In this document: positions 24,263 through 38,750 of the stretch, piece by piece
How the letters are laid out: each line of letters opens with the position of its first letter
Position numbering within the stretch: the stretch's first letter is position 1
Assembly: GCF_009834535.1 (NCBI RefSeq)
Contig: NC_045697.1
Span: forward strand, 22,694,001-22,758,000
Direction: 5' to 3'
Length of the DNA: 64,000 bases
Origin: Camelus ferus
Lineage: Eukaryota
Program-made: the position numbers and the translations under genes
Notes under the pieces: model-generated
Database searches by the model: none
What the model was told of the DNA's origin: nothing
The model's input: only the letters and a program-made list of their open reading frames with translations

Positions 24263-26950
24263 TTTTTTTAGTAAAGTATAGTTGATTTACAATATTATGC
24301 TAGTTTCCAGTGTACAGTGTAGTGATTCAATATTTATATAGATTATACTCCATTTGAAGTTATTTTAAAATATTGGCTATATTTCCTGTGCTTCACAATG
24401 TATCACTGACGCTTATTTAAGTTATATACGCAGTATTTTGTACCTCTTAATCCCCTACCCCTATTGTGACCTCTCCCCTCCCCTCTCCCCACTGGTAACC
24501 ACTAATTTGTCCTCTATATTGTGAGTCTGTTTCTGTTTTATTATATTCATTTGTTTGCTTTATTTTTCAGAGTCCCCATATAAGTGATAACACAGTGTTT
24601 TTCTTTTTCTGACTTATTTCACTTAGCATAATACTCTCTAGGTCAATTCATCTTGTGAATTGGGAAGTTTCATTCTTTCTAGTTTTTGTGTGTCTGTTGT
24701 AGGTTTTTTGTTGTTGTTGTTGTTGTTTTTGAGTTTTAGTTACCATGGGGTTCATATACGTTGACTTTTAACTCGTTCTGCTTGTTTTCACTTTGTAGTC
24801 ATTTAAATTTGAATACTTCTAACAGATCTACTTGATCTAAATCTAAACAGTTTTTTACTCCTCTCCTCCAATGTTTTGTGTTTTTGATATCACATTTTAA
24901 ATCTCTATGTTTATTCTTTCACTACTTATTGCAGTTAAGGTTTCATTTACAACTTTTGTCTTTTAATCTTTGTATCAGCTTGAATTGTCAGTACACAGAC
25001 TTTTTACTATGTATTGGCCTTTATCAATGGAATTTTTCCTTTCCTATAAATTCTTAATTCCATTGTAGCCTTTTCTTTTCCACTTAGAGAAGACCATTTA
25101 ACATTTTTTTTAAGATTGAGTTAGTGTTGATGAATTCTTTAGCTTTTGCTTGTCTAAGAAGTTATTTTTTATCTTTTCTTCGATTCTGAATTATAATTGT
25201 TCTGGATAGAGAATCATAGATTGTGGGTTTTGCCCTCTCAGCACTTTAAACATACCATGCCCCCTCCTTCTGGCCTGCAGTTTCTGCAGAAAAATCAGCT
25301 GATAACCTTATGGCAGCTCCATTACATGTGACTCTTTGTTTTTATCTTGCTGCCTTTAGAATTCTTTCTTATCTTTACATCTCATCATTTTAATTGTGAT
25401 ATGTTTTGGTGTGGGTCTCTTTGGGTTTATCATCTTTAGACCCCTCTGTGCTTCCTGTACATGGATATCTGTTTCCTTCCTCAAGTTCAGGAAATTTTCA
25501 GCCATAATTTTATCAAATATATTTTTGACCTCTTTCTTTCTTCTACTTCTGGGACCTCTATAATGTGAATGTTAATATGCTTGATGTTGTCTTAGAGATC
25601 CCTTAAACTGGTCTCATTTTTTAAAAATTTGTCTTTCTTTTTGCTGTCCTGATTGAATGATTTCCATTATTCTATCTCCCAGAACACATGCATTCTTCTG
25701 TATCACGAGTCTGCTTTTAATTCTTTCTAGTGTGTTTTTAATTTCAGTTATTATATTCCTCAGTTCTGACTGGTTCTTCTGGTTCTTTTTTTTTCTTTTA
25801 ATATTTTCTAGTTTCTTGTTAAAAGCCTCATTGTGTTCATGTATTCTTTTCCTCAGTTACCATTCTTATTACAAATTCTTTGAACTCTTTATCTGGTAAA
25901 TATCATCTTGGTGAGAGTTGGGACCAAAGATTGAGAAGCTAGAGTTGCAACCAGATGTGAGGCAAGGCTTCTCCTATGTTAGGTGGCTGACGCTGACTTA
26001 TTGGGTACACAATTGGGTCCTAAGGTCCTGGTAGAAGCCCTAAGGTTTGCATTTGAGCTGGTTCCTTTACTTCTAAGTGTGCACTCCCTCCACTCCCAGC
26101 ATCAGCACTTTTGCGCCAGAGGGGAGCAGTACTGGGGCAAGAGGAACTGGTGCTGACACTTGATGAGGTTCAGGCTGTGCACTGGGGTGGTCCTGACACA
26201 ACATCTACTTTCCAGGCCACCCCATCTACTGTCTTCATGAGTACCAGTAATGGCCACGCTCACCCTGTTCAGGTGCAGTGCCAGGTCCAAGCTGGTTCTG
26301 TTCTCCCTAACTGCACACTCTCCTTGGTAATAGCCAGTTTTGCCCTACTGGAGAGCTAGAGGGGCCAAAGCAGGTGCTCCGTGTAAGCTGGGACACATGC
26401 TGTGGTAGTCACACAAATATATATATCTTCAGATACATGCCCAGGAGTGGGATTGCTGGATCATATGGTAAATCTAGTTTTAGTTTTTTGAGGAATCTCC
26501 ATACTGTTTTCCATAATGGCTGCACCAAACTGCATTCCCACCAGCAGTGTAGGAAGGTTCTCTTTTCTCCACACCCTCTCTGGCATTTATCGTTTGTGGA
26601 CTTTTGAATGATGGTCATTTTGACTGGCATGAGGAGATACCTCGTTATAGTTTTGATTTGCATTTTTCTGATGATTAGTGATAGTGAGCATTTTTTTCAT
26701 ATGCGTATTGGCCATTTGTATGTTTTCGTTGGGGAATTTCTTATTTAGATCTTCTGCCTTTTTTGGATTGGGTTGTTTGTTTATTAAGTTGTATGAGCTG
26801 TTTATATATTCTGAAAATTAAGTCTTTGTCAGTCACATCATTTGCAAATATTTTTTCCCATTCCGTAGGTAGTCATTTTGTTTTGCTTATGGTTTCCTTT
26901 GCTGTGCAAAAGCTTATAAGTTTAATTAGGTCCCATTTGTCTATTTTAAG
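24263..26950 (-). mobile_element. Rearranged LINE-1 (ORF2 C-terminal piece, 5'UTR-like piece, ORF1, 3' end)
   Basis: ORF 26409-26663 is the ORF2 Cys-rich C-terminus (HCWWEC...[10 protein letters not shown]). About 25905-25070 is degenerate ORF1 (LPDKEFK...NQSELRNIITEIKNTLE). About 24685-24263 is the ORF2 tail, 3'UTR and poly-A. Confidence 0.85.
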
Positions 26951-29605
26951 ATCTATTCTTTTGAACATCTATGACTTACATCTTGGCCTTCTAATCTAGT
27001 TCCATTTCCTGGTTGATGATACCCCATTTTCATCTCATATCTAGATAAGTATACCATTTGGCAGATTTGCCTTGATGAGCTGAAATTTTGCTTGTGGCAA
27101 TTACTTGCCATTATTTTTCTTTCATTATATCCCAAGATAAATTTTTTCTCAGCTTCTGTCCTTGACCTATCTAGTGGTCTTAGTTCCTGCTTTGCATGAG
27201 TTAGAAATTAGCCATGGGTTGAAAAATCTAATACTGAATAGTTGATGCTTTCCATTTTCAAACTGAAGGAATGTATTTCCGTAGAATTAAAATGAAAAGG
27301 TATAAAGGCGTTTTTTAAATTTCACTTTTAGAGTTTGCTTATGGTTACTTGCTTATGAGTAGTTTTATGAGTATGAGAGTTTTATAGACATTATATATTG
27401 TCTTTACTGAGCACCAGCTAGTACTGCTTTGGTAAATAATTGTGGATTTTGGTTCAGTTGTGTTTTTGGACATACATGTAACAAATAGCATAATTACACA
27501 TTCATATTTTATAGAAGACCGCATATGATGTCACACAAATGTACAGTAAATCTAGTTTCAACCTAATTCAGATGGACTCAAATATGTGCATTTATTTTCC
27601 ATCCATATACTTGTCAAATGCATGTGAAATATACAAAAAGTACATGATTTTCCATTAGTATTTTCAGCCATGAGATAGAATTGTGTTTTTTTAATTCATG
27701 CTTTCTAGTAAATTTCTTTCATAATATGTGCATAAAAGGGAATGAAGCTCTGTGTAGCCGTCTGTATCACAGCATGATGTGCTGGGTGTAAAAGAAATCG
27801 TACTTCTTCTACTGTGCCACTTGTGGACACATACATACATGGAGGGAAATTCTGAGTTTGAGCGAGGTGTTCTGCAATATGACAAATAGGGTCAAACTGC
27901 CAAGATTTCAAAGAGTTATTTTCTTTAATTATAGCTTAATGGAAAACAAAAGAATTTTGGAGACAATTAGTTAGCCTGTTATGTTGCATATCAGATAACA
28001 TGTTACATTTATCTTGTTCTGCTGACTTGACTTATCAAGACTTGAATGTACCTTTTTATTTTTTTTTCCTGAAGCTCTGCTACACAGCAGATGGGATGTC
28101 TAACATCCTTTTCTATTTAAAACATGCAAGTTCTAATCAACAGGAGGGTTTTAGAATGTTAAACCAGCCAGCCATAAGAAATGTGTCATGCAGTTTCCTG
28201 TCATTCTAATTAATTAGATAGCATTATTTGTTGTCCCCAATGAACCTAAATGAGCTCAGTGCTGGGATAGTAGCTTCATTCTTACCAAAGATTTGTTTTC
28301 ATATTATTGGCTTAGATTGGAGCAAAAAAATCAAATATTACAAAATTACTCCAAATGCATGAGAACTGTCATTTATATAGAAGACCTACATGTTTAAACT
28401 TCTCTCAAGATCACATAAATATTTTAACATTTTAGGATACTTTTACTTGGAAATTATACTTTAATATGATGTCTCTTTTATTTTCAAAATGTACTATAAC
28501 ATTTTTATGGCAAGATTTTTCCAGCCTATTGTAGTATTCAATTATATTTATTGAGACAGTGTGTTCTCAGTATTACAAGTAGCCTATTATTGTATGCTAT
28601 TCATGTTCTTAAACTATTGATTGAAATAAATGGTATGTAAATTGTTAATTAGTGTGCAACCCATAAATAAAACATACTTTATGGAATTTCTGCCTTAATT
28701 ACTGGAAAACAAATGATCACAAAATAGTGAAAATCAGGAGACAATTTAGCAGACAATCTAACCTAAAATATTTAATCTTATTCTGAAGGCTATCATGTGA
28801 GATTATAAAATGGAAGAGATATGTTAAGTAAAAGAATAATGATAATAGAAAATTAAACAAAAGCGAGAATACTAATTCTAGGATATGGTTCCTGCAAATA
28901 TGTTTGAACCCTTGAATGTGATGAATATTTACTTATCATTATCCCTCTTAAAATGTTTACATATCCAAAATATCTCACTAATTATGTTTTTTTCCTTCTC
29001 TCTAATAATTGTGTTTTGATATTTCCTGCAAATTTGTCAAAATAAACACTGCATTTAAACCTATTAACTTATTTTTTAGAAAGTCCAAAAGCATATACCT
29101 TAGAAAGAGCTGTATTTGTTAACATAAACTCTTATTTCCGTAATTAACAATGTTAATGTTGATTTTAAAGGTTGAAATCATCTCTAGTAATAAATAAGAT
29201 CTAACACACATTTGATGTGGCTCTAAGAAATTGGTATAATCACACCAAAAATTCTAGAAGTAATAGGTATCTGTAATACATCTTAAAAGATGCCACAAAA
29301 CTCCTTTTATTATTGCCTGGAATAAAATCTCCCTCCATTAGTTGGCCATAATTAGGGGAGCATTTGATAGAGATATGTGCTTTATCTTTGCTAGCACTTC
29401 AAAACTGTCAGCAACCAGTGCTCTCTCTTCATCTCTCTCTTTCAGTTGAAAGCCTACTCGTTTTTCAGAGTCCACAAAAATTGTGCTAATAGAATCTTCT
29501 TCCATCCCTACAGTTTTAATTAAACTGTACCATCCATAACATTTTCACGCCTAGTTTTAACATCTTGCTTACTCTTATATTTCTCTGCTGTAATATCTAC
29601 TACAC

Positions 29606-29831
29606 CAGGGATTGGCAAACTTTTTCTGTAAAGGACCAGACAGTGAGCATATTAGGCTTTTCAGGTCATTTGATTTCTGTTACAACTGTTCAACCTTGTC
29701 ATTGTGGACAGCACAAGCAGCCACAGACAATACGTAACATACAAACCATGACTGTATTCCAAACAAAATTAATTTACAAACATAGAGGGTGAACTCTATT
29801 TGGCCCACAGACTGTAGTTGGCTGACCTCCA
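29606..29831. mobile_element. MER58A-like hAT transposon nested in an L2 3' end
   Basis: TIR cagggattggcaaact...agttggctgacctcca; degenerate 8-bp TSD tactacac/tattagat; L2 resumes with attagattgtaaactccttgaggg. Confidence 0.82.
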
Positions 29832-32304
29832 TATTAGATTGTAAACTCCTTGAGGGAAGAGACCATGACCTCTTCATCTTCTTTACCACGTAGGGTCTGT
29901 CCAGTAATTTTTACGTATTAGAACTTTGAAAATTCATTATTGAGTTAATAAAGGACAAACCTGTGACTGTAGCTTGGACAGTCATTAGTATAAGTGGTGG
30001 GGAGTAGAGAAAGTGGAAGAGAAGAAAGTGAAGTAAAAAAGAAAAAAGTAAGTAAAAAAAGAGGGAAAAAAAATCACCAATTTGCCATTTTAAACTATTT
30101 TTCTCATTTAAATACCCTCAGCCTGAAAATTAATTTAATAACAATTATAGTGTAATTCACTGTGTTAGTAAGAATTCAAGGTCCTTTTCATAAGGAACAC
30201 ACAACAGAGCTGGGTGGAAAGACTTGTTTGTTATCCTAAGGGCACTAGTTAAGTGGTGAGCACAGACCTATTGTAACAGCAAAGTGCGAAGCACTTCTCC
30301 TGAGTCCCAGAGAGGAATTGGCACGTGCTCCAGTTCTAAGGAACGAGAAGACTTCTGTAGATTAGAATGACTAGCCTTTGGGATTATAGAAAGTTGATCT
30401 CTAACTTTAAAATTGAAATAGCTATTGCTTTTGACTCCACTTTCTTGATTCTTTTTTTTTTAAGCATGGGTACAATTATAAGAATTGTAAGAATGGAGGA
30501 AGTTCATTTCTGAAACATATTGCTGGTAATTATGCCATAAACAAGATTGTACCTCCTCAGAAACTGATTCCAGAGCTGAATTTCTGACCAAGATTTCTGC
30601 TTTCAATAAATCAAAAACGTGTATGTTTGTATTCAAACACACACACAACTGCAAAGGGCTTATTCATTTGCAATGGTGCACCAAGTTCTGTAAAATATGA
30701 ATGCAATGTTTTTAAAACTTCAACTTTAAGCATCATGAGTTTGGGATAAGGAGAAAGAAAATAGCTAAGGATATTGTAGGAATAGTAGGAAAGATTGATC
30801 TAGAAGCTGGATGTCAGGTCAGGGCTAAAAGTATTGATTTGATTGTCTTAGACAAAGAGATCTTTAAAGTCATTGGAGTGAAAAGGTTTGAGGAAGAGCA
30901 CAGTGACAGGGTTTTGATGTCTCTGCAATGGAAGCAGTTGAAAGTTCATTGGACAGACATCAAACAATAGGATGCTCACATATTTATCCCAATTTTAACA
31001 TGTATGTAAACACACATGTAATTTTTAAATAATTGTTCAACATTATGGACTTTCTTTCTTGAGACTGAGGACTGAGAGAAATAAAAGACCTTCAGGTTCT
31101 TTTCAGCTGCAAAATTATTCATTTATTCATGAGGCTTAGTTCAATTTAAATGTGTGCATATATCACATAAAAAGTCAGAACTGAACCTATATTTATATTT
31201 CTACCACAACAAACCATAGCAGAATATTTAATTAATACTTATTGTGTTTTCCCTTGTATAATATATATGGGATTCATGAAGGTTTCAAGTCCCTTAAGAA
31301 AAAAGTTCATCCAATTAAGTTTATTCTGTTTTCTTCATTTGTGTTGCCTATAAAAAAAAAAAAACTTGCCTCAGGGCATCTTCCTAATTGAGATGCTTCA
31401 AATTTTTGCAATAATTACCATGTGAATATTGCTAATAGTGATGATACTGCTGGTTTCCCTTCTGGAAAGCAGAGTTGCTAATAACTCACAATCAACTTCA
31501 TAATTTATCATAGTAAATTGGAATGTAATATTATTTTAGTACAAATCTATCTATGCTTTCATATTATTAATAATTTTCATCTAATTGTTATCAGTATGTA
31601 TGGAATATTTGAACTTAATTATTTCTTAGTTCTTAAAGAATGGTTAATCTCTTGTACTTCAGTGGACATTAGCTGCTTAGATATAACCTGCATGAAGCTT
31701 CAAAGAGGGAAAAAATAAAAACATTGATATGTGTCATAACAAAACTATTAGACAAAGCCATTCCTACCAATTTCTTTGAAAACAAAATTTGACCAGACTA
31801 TGACAGAATGAAGTCCTTTTGACAATGAAGAATTTTCTGTATTTCATAATTTTCTTGTCATTTAATAAAGAGCAAATATAAGCAGGTGATATGTAAAGAA
31901 GACAGAAAAAAACCTCCAATTTTTAGACAAAGGTAAATTTAGATCATTTCCTAAGGGTAGCACAGATTTTCTGGGATATGTGGTAGACTGAGATTTTTAC
32001 TATTATCAGTGCCAACACTGAGATAGGTATATTCTTCCCATAGGATCATACAGATAGAGATAAAGGCACAGTCAGGAAATGTTGAAAAGCTTTTGATACT
32101 TGTTTTACAATTTTTTTCACAGAATGCGTTTATTAAAACAATTATGTCATACTATCCTTGACTATTTTTGACACCAACTGTGAATTTATTCACTGATGGT
32201 CAAACAACTCAGACTGCTTTCTAAATCTTTAGAGCCTGGCATGGAGACCAGCATCTAGAAACACAGTGGGTAGAGTGCCCTCACATAGGCAGCAAATAGG
32301 AGAT

Positions 32305-32850
32305 GCATTAGCTTGCTATTGCTGCATAACAAACCACCACAAATTTAACAGTAGCCACATATTAGCTCACAGTTCTGTAGGTCAGAAATCTGGCATGACA
32401 TGGTTTAGTTTTCTGCTCAGGGTATCACCAGCCTGAACTCAAGATATTGTCCAGGCTGAGTTCTTGCCTGGGAGGCTCTGGGGGAACATTCACTTCCAAG
32501 TTCATTCATAATTGGCAGAAATCTGTTTCTTATAGTTGTGGGACTGAAGTCCCCATTTCCCGGGCAGTTGCTATTGCTCTTAGCTGCTGGATGCTGCCGC
32601 TCTCCATTAGCAACTCAAAACCAGGATGTCTGCTTCTTTCCAGAGTAGGCAAAGCGCATCTTTCTGACTTCCTCTCTGTGACCCACTGGAGAAATCTCTG
32701 CTATTAAGGGTTCACATGAGTAAGTCAGGCCCATTGAGATAATCTTATTTGAAAGCCAATGCAGCTTTATAGCATAACCTAATCATGGGAGCGAAATCTA
32801 TCAAATTCATGATCCCAGGGATTGTGTAGGATGCCGTTCTGTCTACCACA
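32305..32850 (-). mobile_element. MLT1E-like MaLR solo LTR, followed by a MIR
   Basis: ctattgctgcataacaaaccaccac...ctcacagttctgtaggtcagaa...ttgtgggactgaagtcccc...ttctgtctaccaca. Confidence 0.8.
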
Positions 32851-34478
32851 GGGAAGAAGCACAGGTCTTTGGGGCCTGAACACGGGTCTTCATGTCTCAG
32901 CTCTCCTGATTCCTAGTCATGTGATCTGGAGAAAGTCATTTGATGTCTTCTTTCCTTGGCCTCATTATTTGTAAAATTGGTAAAATACTGTTGGTGTGAC
33001 AAGTTATTACTGGATTAACTTCTCAGTACATGTTAATTACTTTTACTAGTTTACAAGAATATCTAGACATGTTGGAGAAGAGGTGGTGTTAATGAATGTT
33101 TCAGACTCAACCTGTGGCTTAAAGAAGCTTGAGATGCAGTAAATGCATTTGTTCTTCCCTCAATGTATTTCTGTTCCCTTGACTCTATCCATGATGGCAG
33201 GATCCCTTAGCCTTAAGGGTTTTTTTAATTAAAAATACACATTTTGGGTACAATTTGGCATCCTAACATTACCAAGGCAACCACTTCATCTAATAAATCT
33301 GGAGAAAGAATGTTTTTCATAGTAGTGGTGGAAAACTGGCTATTGGATTGGTTTTATTGAGAAACAGCACATCCATCTCCAAAGGTTAAACAAGAAAAAA
33401 AAAAAAGAAGTGTGAGAGAGAGAGGGAGTATTTTTAGGATGATACTAAGTTTATCTGAAATGTACACATTAAATTTACATAATGGTTCCTGAATAAGATG
33501 TGAGTTCACTTGTAAATTCAAATTTATCCATCTACAGAAGCCAAAATTGAACAGCTCAACAGCCCTATCATTTTGACCACAAAAAAATGCATTTCTATAA
33601 CATCAACTATTGCAGTTATCATCTGTCTTTCTTCCTTTTCTTTCAGAATCATCCCTTACTAACTTTATAAAACTGGCTGCTGGTTGGCCAAAATATGTGC
33701 ACTTTTTTGTTATCTGGTTATCAGTTATCTTTAAGGAAAACGACTTCCCCTCTCTACCGAAGTTCTATTTGATTCTCTGTGACTCCAGTTCCCCAGTGTG
33801 GTTACAGCCTGAGGAAGTTAAAAGAGCGTGAGATTTGCAGCTAGGAACACTACGAGTTCGAATGCTGTTGTGACCAAGTTCCACGTATGAGTTCCATTCT
33901 TTCTATTCCAGCACCAGAGCCTTGAACTTGATTAGCTGGTTGATTGTCCTTGGAGCTGAGAATTCGTTGCCTGTTGATAGTTAATCCTGATGTTGATTTC
34001 CAATAGCTATTGATTTAATAATTAAAACCTGGATAAATAATAACTGCACAATTGCCCTTGCATCTCCAGTTGTTAACTCTGTGTCCCTTTTAGGGTGCCT
34101 TCTTTCTACCTCTGGTCAGTTCACATTTTTAGGGTGCCAGTTTCTCAGGGCCAGAGTAGATTTCTCCAATCTGTTTTAGCCAAACACCTCGCACTATCCC
34201 TGTGGATGACTTGCCTTCACCTTTCAGTCTTGCTAGTCTCTTTTGTCCATTGTTCTTGTACATGTTGTGTGTATCTTTGTCTGGAGGAGTGTTAATAAAC
34301 ATAGGCTTACTGTACGCTATTAAGATTGGAGAGAAATCATACTGACACAAGAGTAGTTAAAACTATATACTCTGCATTATGCTAGTCCATTGATGAAACA
34401 TTAAAATATTTTGTTTGTTTATTGGGGGAGCTGTTAAATAAATAAATTTTCAACACAACTAGTGAAAACTTGTCATTG

Positions 34479-35048
34479 TGTTTCCGAAAGATTGGCCCCT
34501 GTCCCTGACGAGCCAAATAACCCAGAGACAAGGTCTTGGAGTTTAGAAGAAAAGACGCAATTTTATTGCTTTGCTGGGCAAGGGGAACCAAAGCAGGCTA
34601 GTGCCTTCAAAACTGTGAACCCACCTTGGGGATGGGATGGGGTGGTTATACAGCCAGAGCTCAAACAATAAAGCATCGATAACAAACAACAGAATCATTT
34701 TCTCATCAGAAGACTTAGAATGGCATCATGATGCCTCCAGACCACCAATTCTATAGATGCTAGCAGCTGTCACTCTTTCCCAAGGTGTGGTCTTCTTGGT
34801 AATTCAGGCTATTTTGTAAGGTTAAAATCCCGTGACCTTCTCCCTGGAGATCAACTCAGAGACCAAGTATGATTATTACTTTCAGTGACTGGAATAAAGT
34901 AGAAACAGTAAGATCAATAGCTTTAGTTTCCACAACGGGCCTGGAACTGTGCGTAGCCACCAGACAGGTCAGTTGACTGTTTTAAGGGCAAGCATAAGGA
35001 TAAGCAATCTGTTAGCCTAAGTGCGGCCATTTTATTAATCCTCCTTCA
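34479..35048 (-). mobile_element. ERV1-class solo LTR, 570 bp, with perfect 4-bp TSD
   Basis: TG...CA termini; ATTG at 34475-78 and 35049-52; minus-strand AATAAA at about 34562-67. Confidence 0.85.
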
Positions 35049-37279
35049 ATTGAATTCTGTTAAGGTGGGCTAGAATATTGCTTAAATTGTATTTTCAATA
35101 CTGTTGGTTTTGCTGTAGAGTTATGATTAAATAAATCATCAGTCAGATGTGATTTACATTAAAATCAAGAGGATCCCTGTGTAGGCACAGGAATTCTTGC
35201 CTGTATTTCTCACATTATTATTCACACACTACCTGTGGTAATGAACACATAGGGTTTTTACCTAGGTAATAAATGCCTAGGGTATTTATTAATTTTCTTA
35301 ATGCAAATGTCCAGGTCCCATTGCATTCATACTGAATCCTACATCTGGGTTTGGCTAGATCACTAGGTGATTACTCTATGTACTGCTTAAGACTATATTG
35401 GAAAAAAATTCAACAGTCCTGTAATAAAATTTTGGGAAAAAAATACAGCCACGCACTTCTGTCTGACAGCAGGTCAATTAATTTGTTACTGCATATCATA
35501 GAAAAAAAATATAAGGTGCAAATTACAGTCATCAAAGGTGTTCTAAATTTTCAGGAAATTCTACTTTATTCAGAACAGTTATCTCTGTTTTATTATGATG
35601 TTAATCATACAAAATAGAAGGCTTTTATATAGATTCTTTGAAAAGGAAATGAAAACATTTGGATATGGCTTGGGCCGTGACATAGAACTTTCTTAGATCA
35701 TCAAAGTTCAAATCATCATATCCACTGGAAAATGATTGCCATCCCAGCAGTCAGTATCACCATATAATTTCTTTTTCTTAATTTCAAAATCATACATAAA
35801 TGCATGTCCTAAAGCCTAGGGTAGAGCTGACTGTGAGCATTGCCTCTCCAGCTATAGGCAGAACTGAGACGTGAGGGCAGTATTTTATTGAAGGATTCAG
35901 AAAAGATGGGCTAGGAATGCCTAGCATCTTTATAGGGTGGTTTGCACAGCGGCATAAAAATATATACACAGGGCACACTGTGTAGCGTGAGCAGTTACAT
36001 AAATCATGCTGATCTAACAAGCTGCAAACAACAGAAATCCAGGCCCTGGTCTTATCTCTAAAGACTTCCTCTGCTTTTGGTCAAAGCCCTCTTTCCAGGT
36101 GGAGCTGACATCAGACCTCTTTCCAACATTAATCTCCAACAGCTGGGTAACAAAGGTAAATTTAGTAAAGGCGTTACTGTCTTCCTGGGGAACTGGAGGG
36201 TGAGCTATGATGCCTACGCAGCAGAGCTAAGTAAAACAGGAAGGAGAAAGACCAACAACCACTGGACACGTTCTTCCCCTACAAACATTTTCACTGAGTT
36301 GCTACAGCCACAGGATCCCAAAGGAGGAACTGGGAAGAAAAACACAAATAACAAAATAAAACCTATTCACAATTTCAATGTTTGTTGAGACAAAGTAATT
36401 ACAAAGCCATCAGGCCCAATTGCAAAGCACACAGAGTCAATTGTCGAAGTATTTAGAGAGCCCGGTGGAGAAGCCATTTGACCAGTGTCCTTCCATTCAA
36501 AGCAAGCCCGCTCAGGGGCCTCTTGCCTCTTGTTTATAAAAGTCAGACAAAGCACTCCGTAATTGCTCTGCTTGTTCACTCTGCCCTGAAGCATTTACCA
36601 CAGAGAGTTGCTCCAGCAGATCTCCTCTTGCTACTCAGGAAAAGCTGATTCTTTGTCCCACTCCCACATCAGGGATTTCCCTGTTCTTTTCATGACCCTA
36701 CACCTCTCCTCCTCTTGACCCATGTGGTGCACATGCCAGCCTAAACTTGCTTTATGAATTTGCATCAGCTAAACATATCATTTGAAATATCATGTGCATT
36801 CAGAAATTGACAGCCATGTTAGAAGATGAATTTCAAAACTTCAGTTCCACTTCCACACTTAAAATATGTACATGTGGTATACAGTGTATATATGTTTAAA
36901 AAAAAAGAAATGTATATTATAGTATAAAATGTATATAAATAAATTTAAAAATATATATATAAAATAAATATAAATACAATATATACACTCATGGTATGTA
37001 TATATAATGCATATATACATATATATTAATTACACTGAAAACTAGATTTTGCAGGTTTACCTCTAAATAACCTGGCAATGGTTAAAAGGAATGTAACGAA
37101 ATATTGCCTGCAGTCATTTATTTGTGTGGTCCATATTTATTGATATATAATTTTTCTCCTATTGCTTTTTAAATAATGCTTCAGTGAACCACACTATTTC
37201 ACTTTTGATAGACTTACCTTGATATTAAGTAGGTTGAATTCTTCCTCTTAGTTTCTTCTTCTTCAACTTTTTTTTTTTT

Positions 37280-38750
37280 TTTTACTATTTCGGACCCTTC
37301 CTACATTTCTACATATTTTTTGTTTCAATTTAGTACAAATCCCTGTCTACATTTTGATTTAAATTGCTTTGAATTTTACATTTATTAAATAACTAACTAG
37401 AAAAAATTTTAATTCTTCCCGTGAAAGAACCTGATATATCATTAGTATTAATTAAGGTCTTCTTTTATAAGCTTAAATAAAATGTATATTTTTACTTATA
37501 TTTTGTTGGTCTTGATATAATGTTCTTATTTTTAATATACATTGCCAGGTAAAGTTTGCTAGTAATTTATTTATTAATTTTGTATCGATGTTCAGAAGTG
37601 AAATTGGCCTATAGTTTTGTTTTCTCAGGATATTTTCTTTTCTTATTTTGGTCTTAAAAGTCACAGTAGTTTAATAAAATAGTTTTATCTCTTCATAAGA
37701 CAGGGCTCATCTCTTTCTTTAAGGTTTGAAAAAAATTTCCAGTTAACACAATCTGGAAACGATAGCCGTGAGTAGTTACTTAACTGCTAAATTTAATTAT
37801 TCAAATAAGTATTGATCATTATTCAGATTTAATATTTATTCTTGAGCCAGTTTTGCTAGATTATATGTGTTTTAAAAAATCATGTGTTTTATTTAAGCTT
37901 AATTTTTTTTGCTATAATTTCTTCAATGTTCTTTGATTATATTGAAAGTTTCTATTTTATATTTCATTATGTGCATTTTATCCTTTTCAGTAATGGGTGT
38001 GTACATGTGTGTTACCTCAGTTTTGTTTGTGATAAAGTTTTGTCAGACATTTGTTCATTTCATCAATATTTTCCAAGAATGAGATCTCTATCTACAATAT
38101 CTCTTTTATTTATTTCTATTCTTATCTATATTTTACTTTCTTTTACTTTATTTTCTAGTGTGGTTCTAGTTTTATACCTCTGGCAGCTTGTTTTTAAGTA
38201 ATACAAATATATATACATATGTAATATACATAATGACCTTTAGGAAGTATTTGGGTATATCTTATAATTTTTAACACCTACTGTTTTCTTTGTCATTCAT
38301 CTTAAAATATTTGGTAATTTCTTTCATAAGTTGCATCATGATTTCTTTTTAATCTATGAATTATAACTATATTAATTTATATCTAAGTATTAGTGGTGTA
38401 AGACATTTTAAAATCAAATTTATTGCATTATTGTCATAGAATGTGACATGTTTGATGTTGGCTATTTGGAATATACTTGCTACTTTCTTCAAGAATTATG
38501 TCATTATTTTTGCCAAGTTTCTATGTGTGCTTGAAAAATAAGTACTTTCTAATTTGGAGGAGTACTGTTACTTTATATGCTATTACACCAACTTATATGC
38601 TAGGATAATTCACATTTACCATAGCTTTTGTTTTCTAATATGCCTGGTCTCTCTATTTCTGAGGAAAGCATGCCAGAAGATTTATTTCCTCAGTTGTTTT
38701 TTTCATTTGTTTAGTTACTATCACTGCACAACTTCAATGTGTCATAAGCA
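37280..38750 (-). mobile_element. Old L1 (L1ME-like) ORF2 fragment
   Basis: ORF 37473-37664 contains NYRPISLLNIDTKLINKLLAN, the L1 reverse transcriptase motif. Confidence 0.8.

Noticed and set aside
27691..27911. Two overlapping minus-strand ORFs in unique sequence
   Set aside because: No recognisable motif or convincing splice donor; the + strand shows no kinase motif either.
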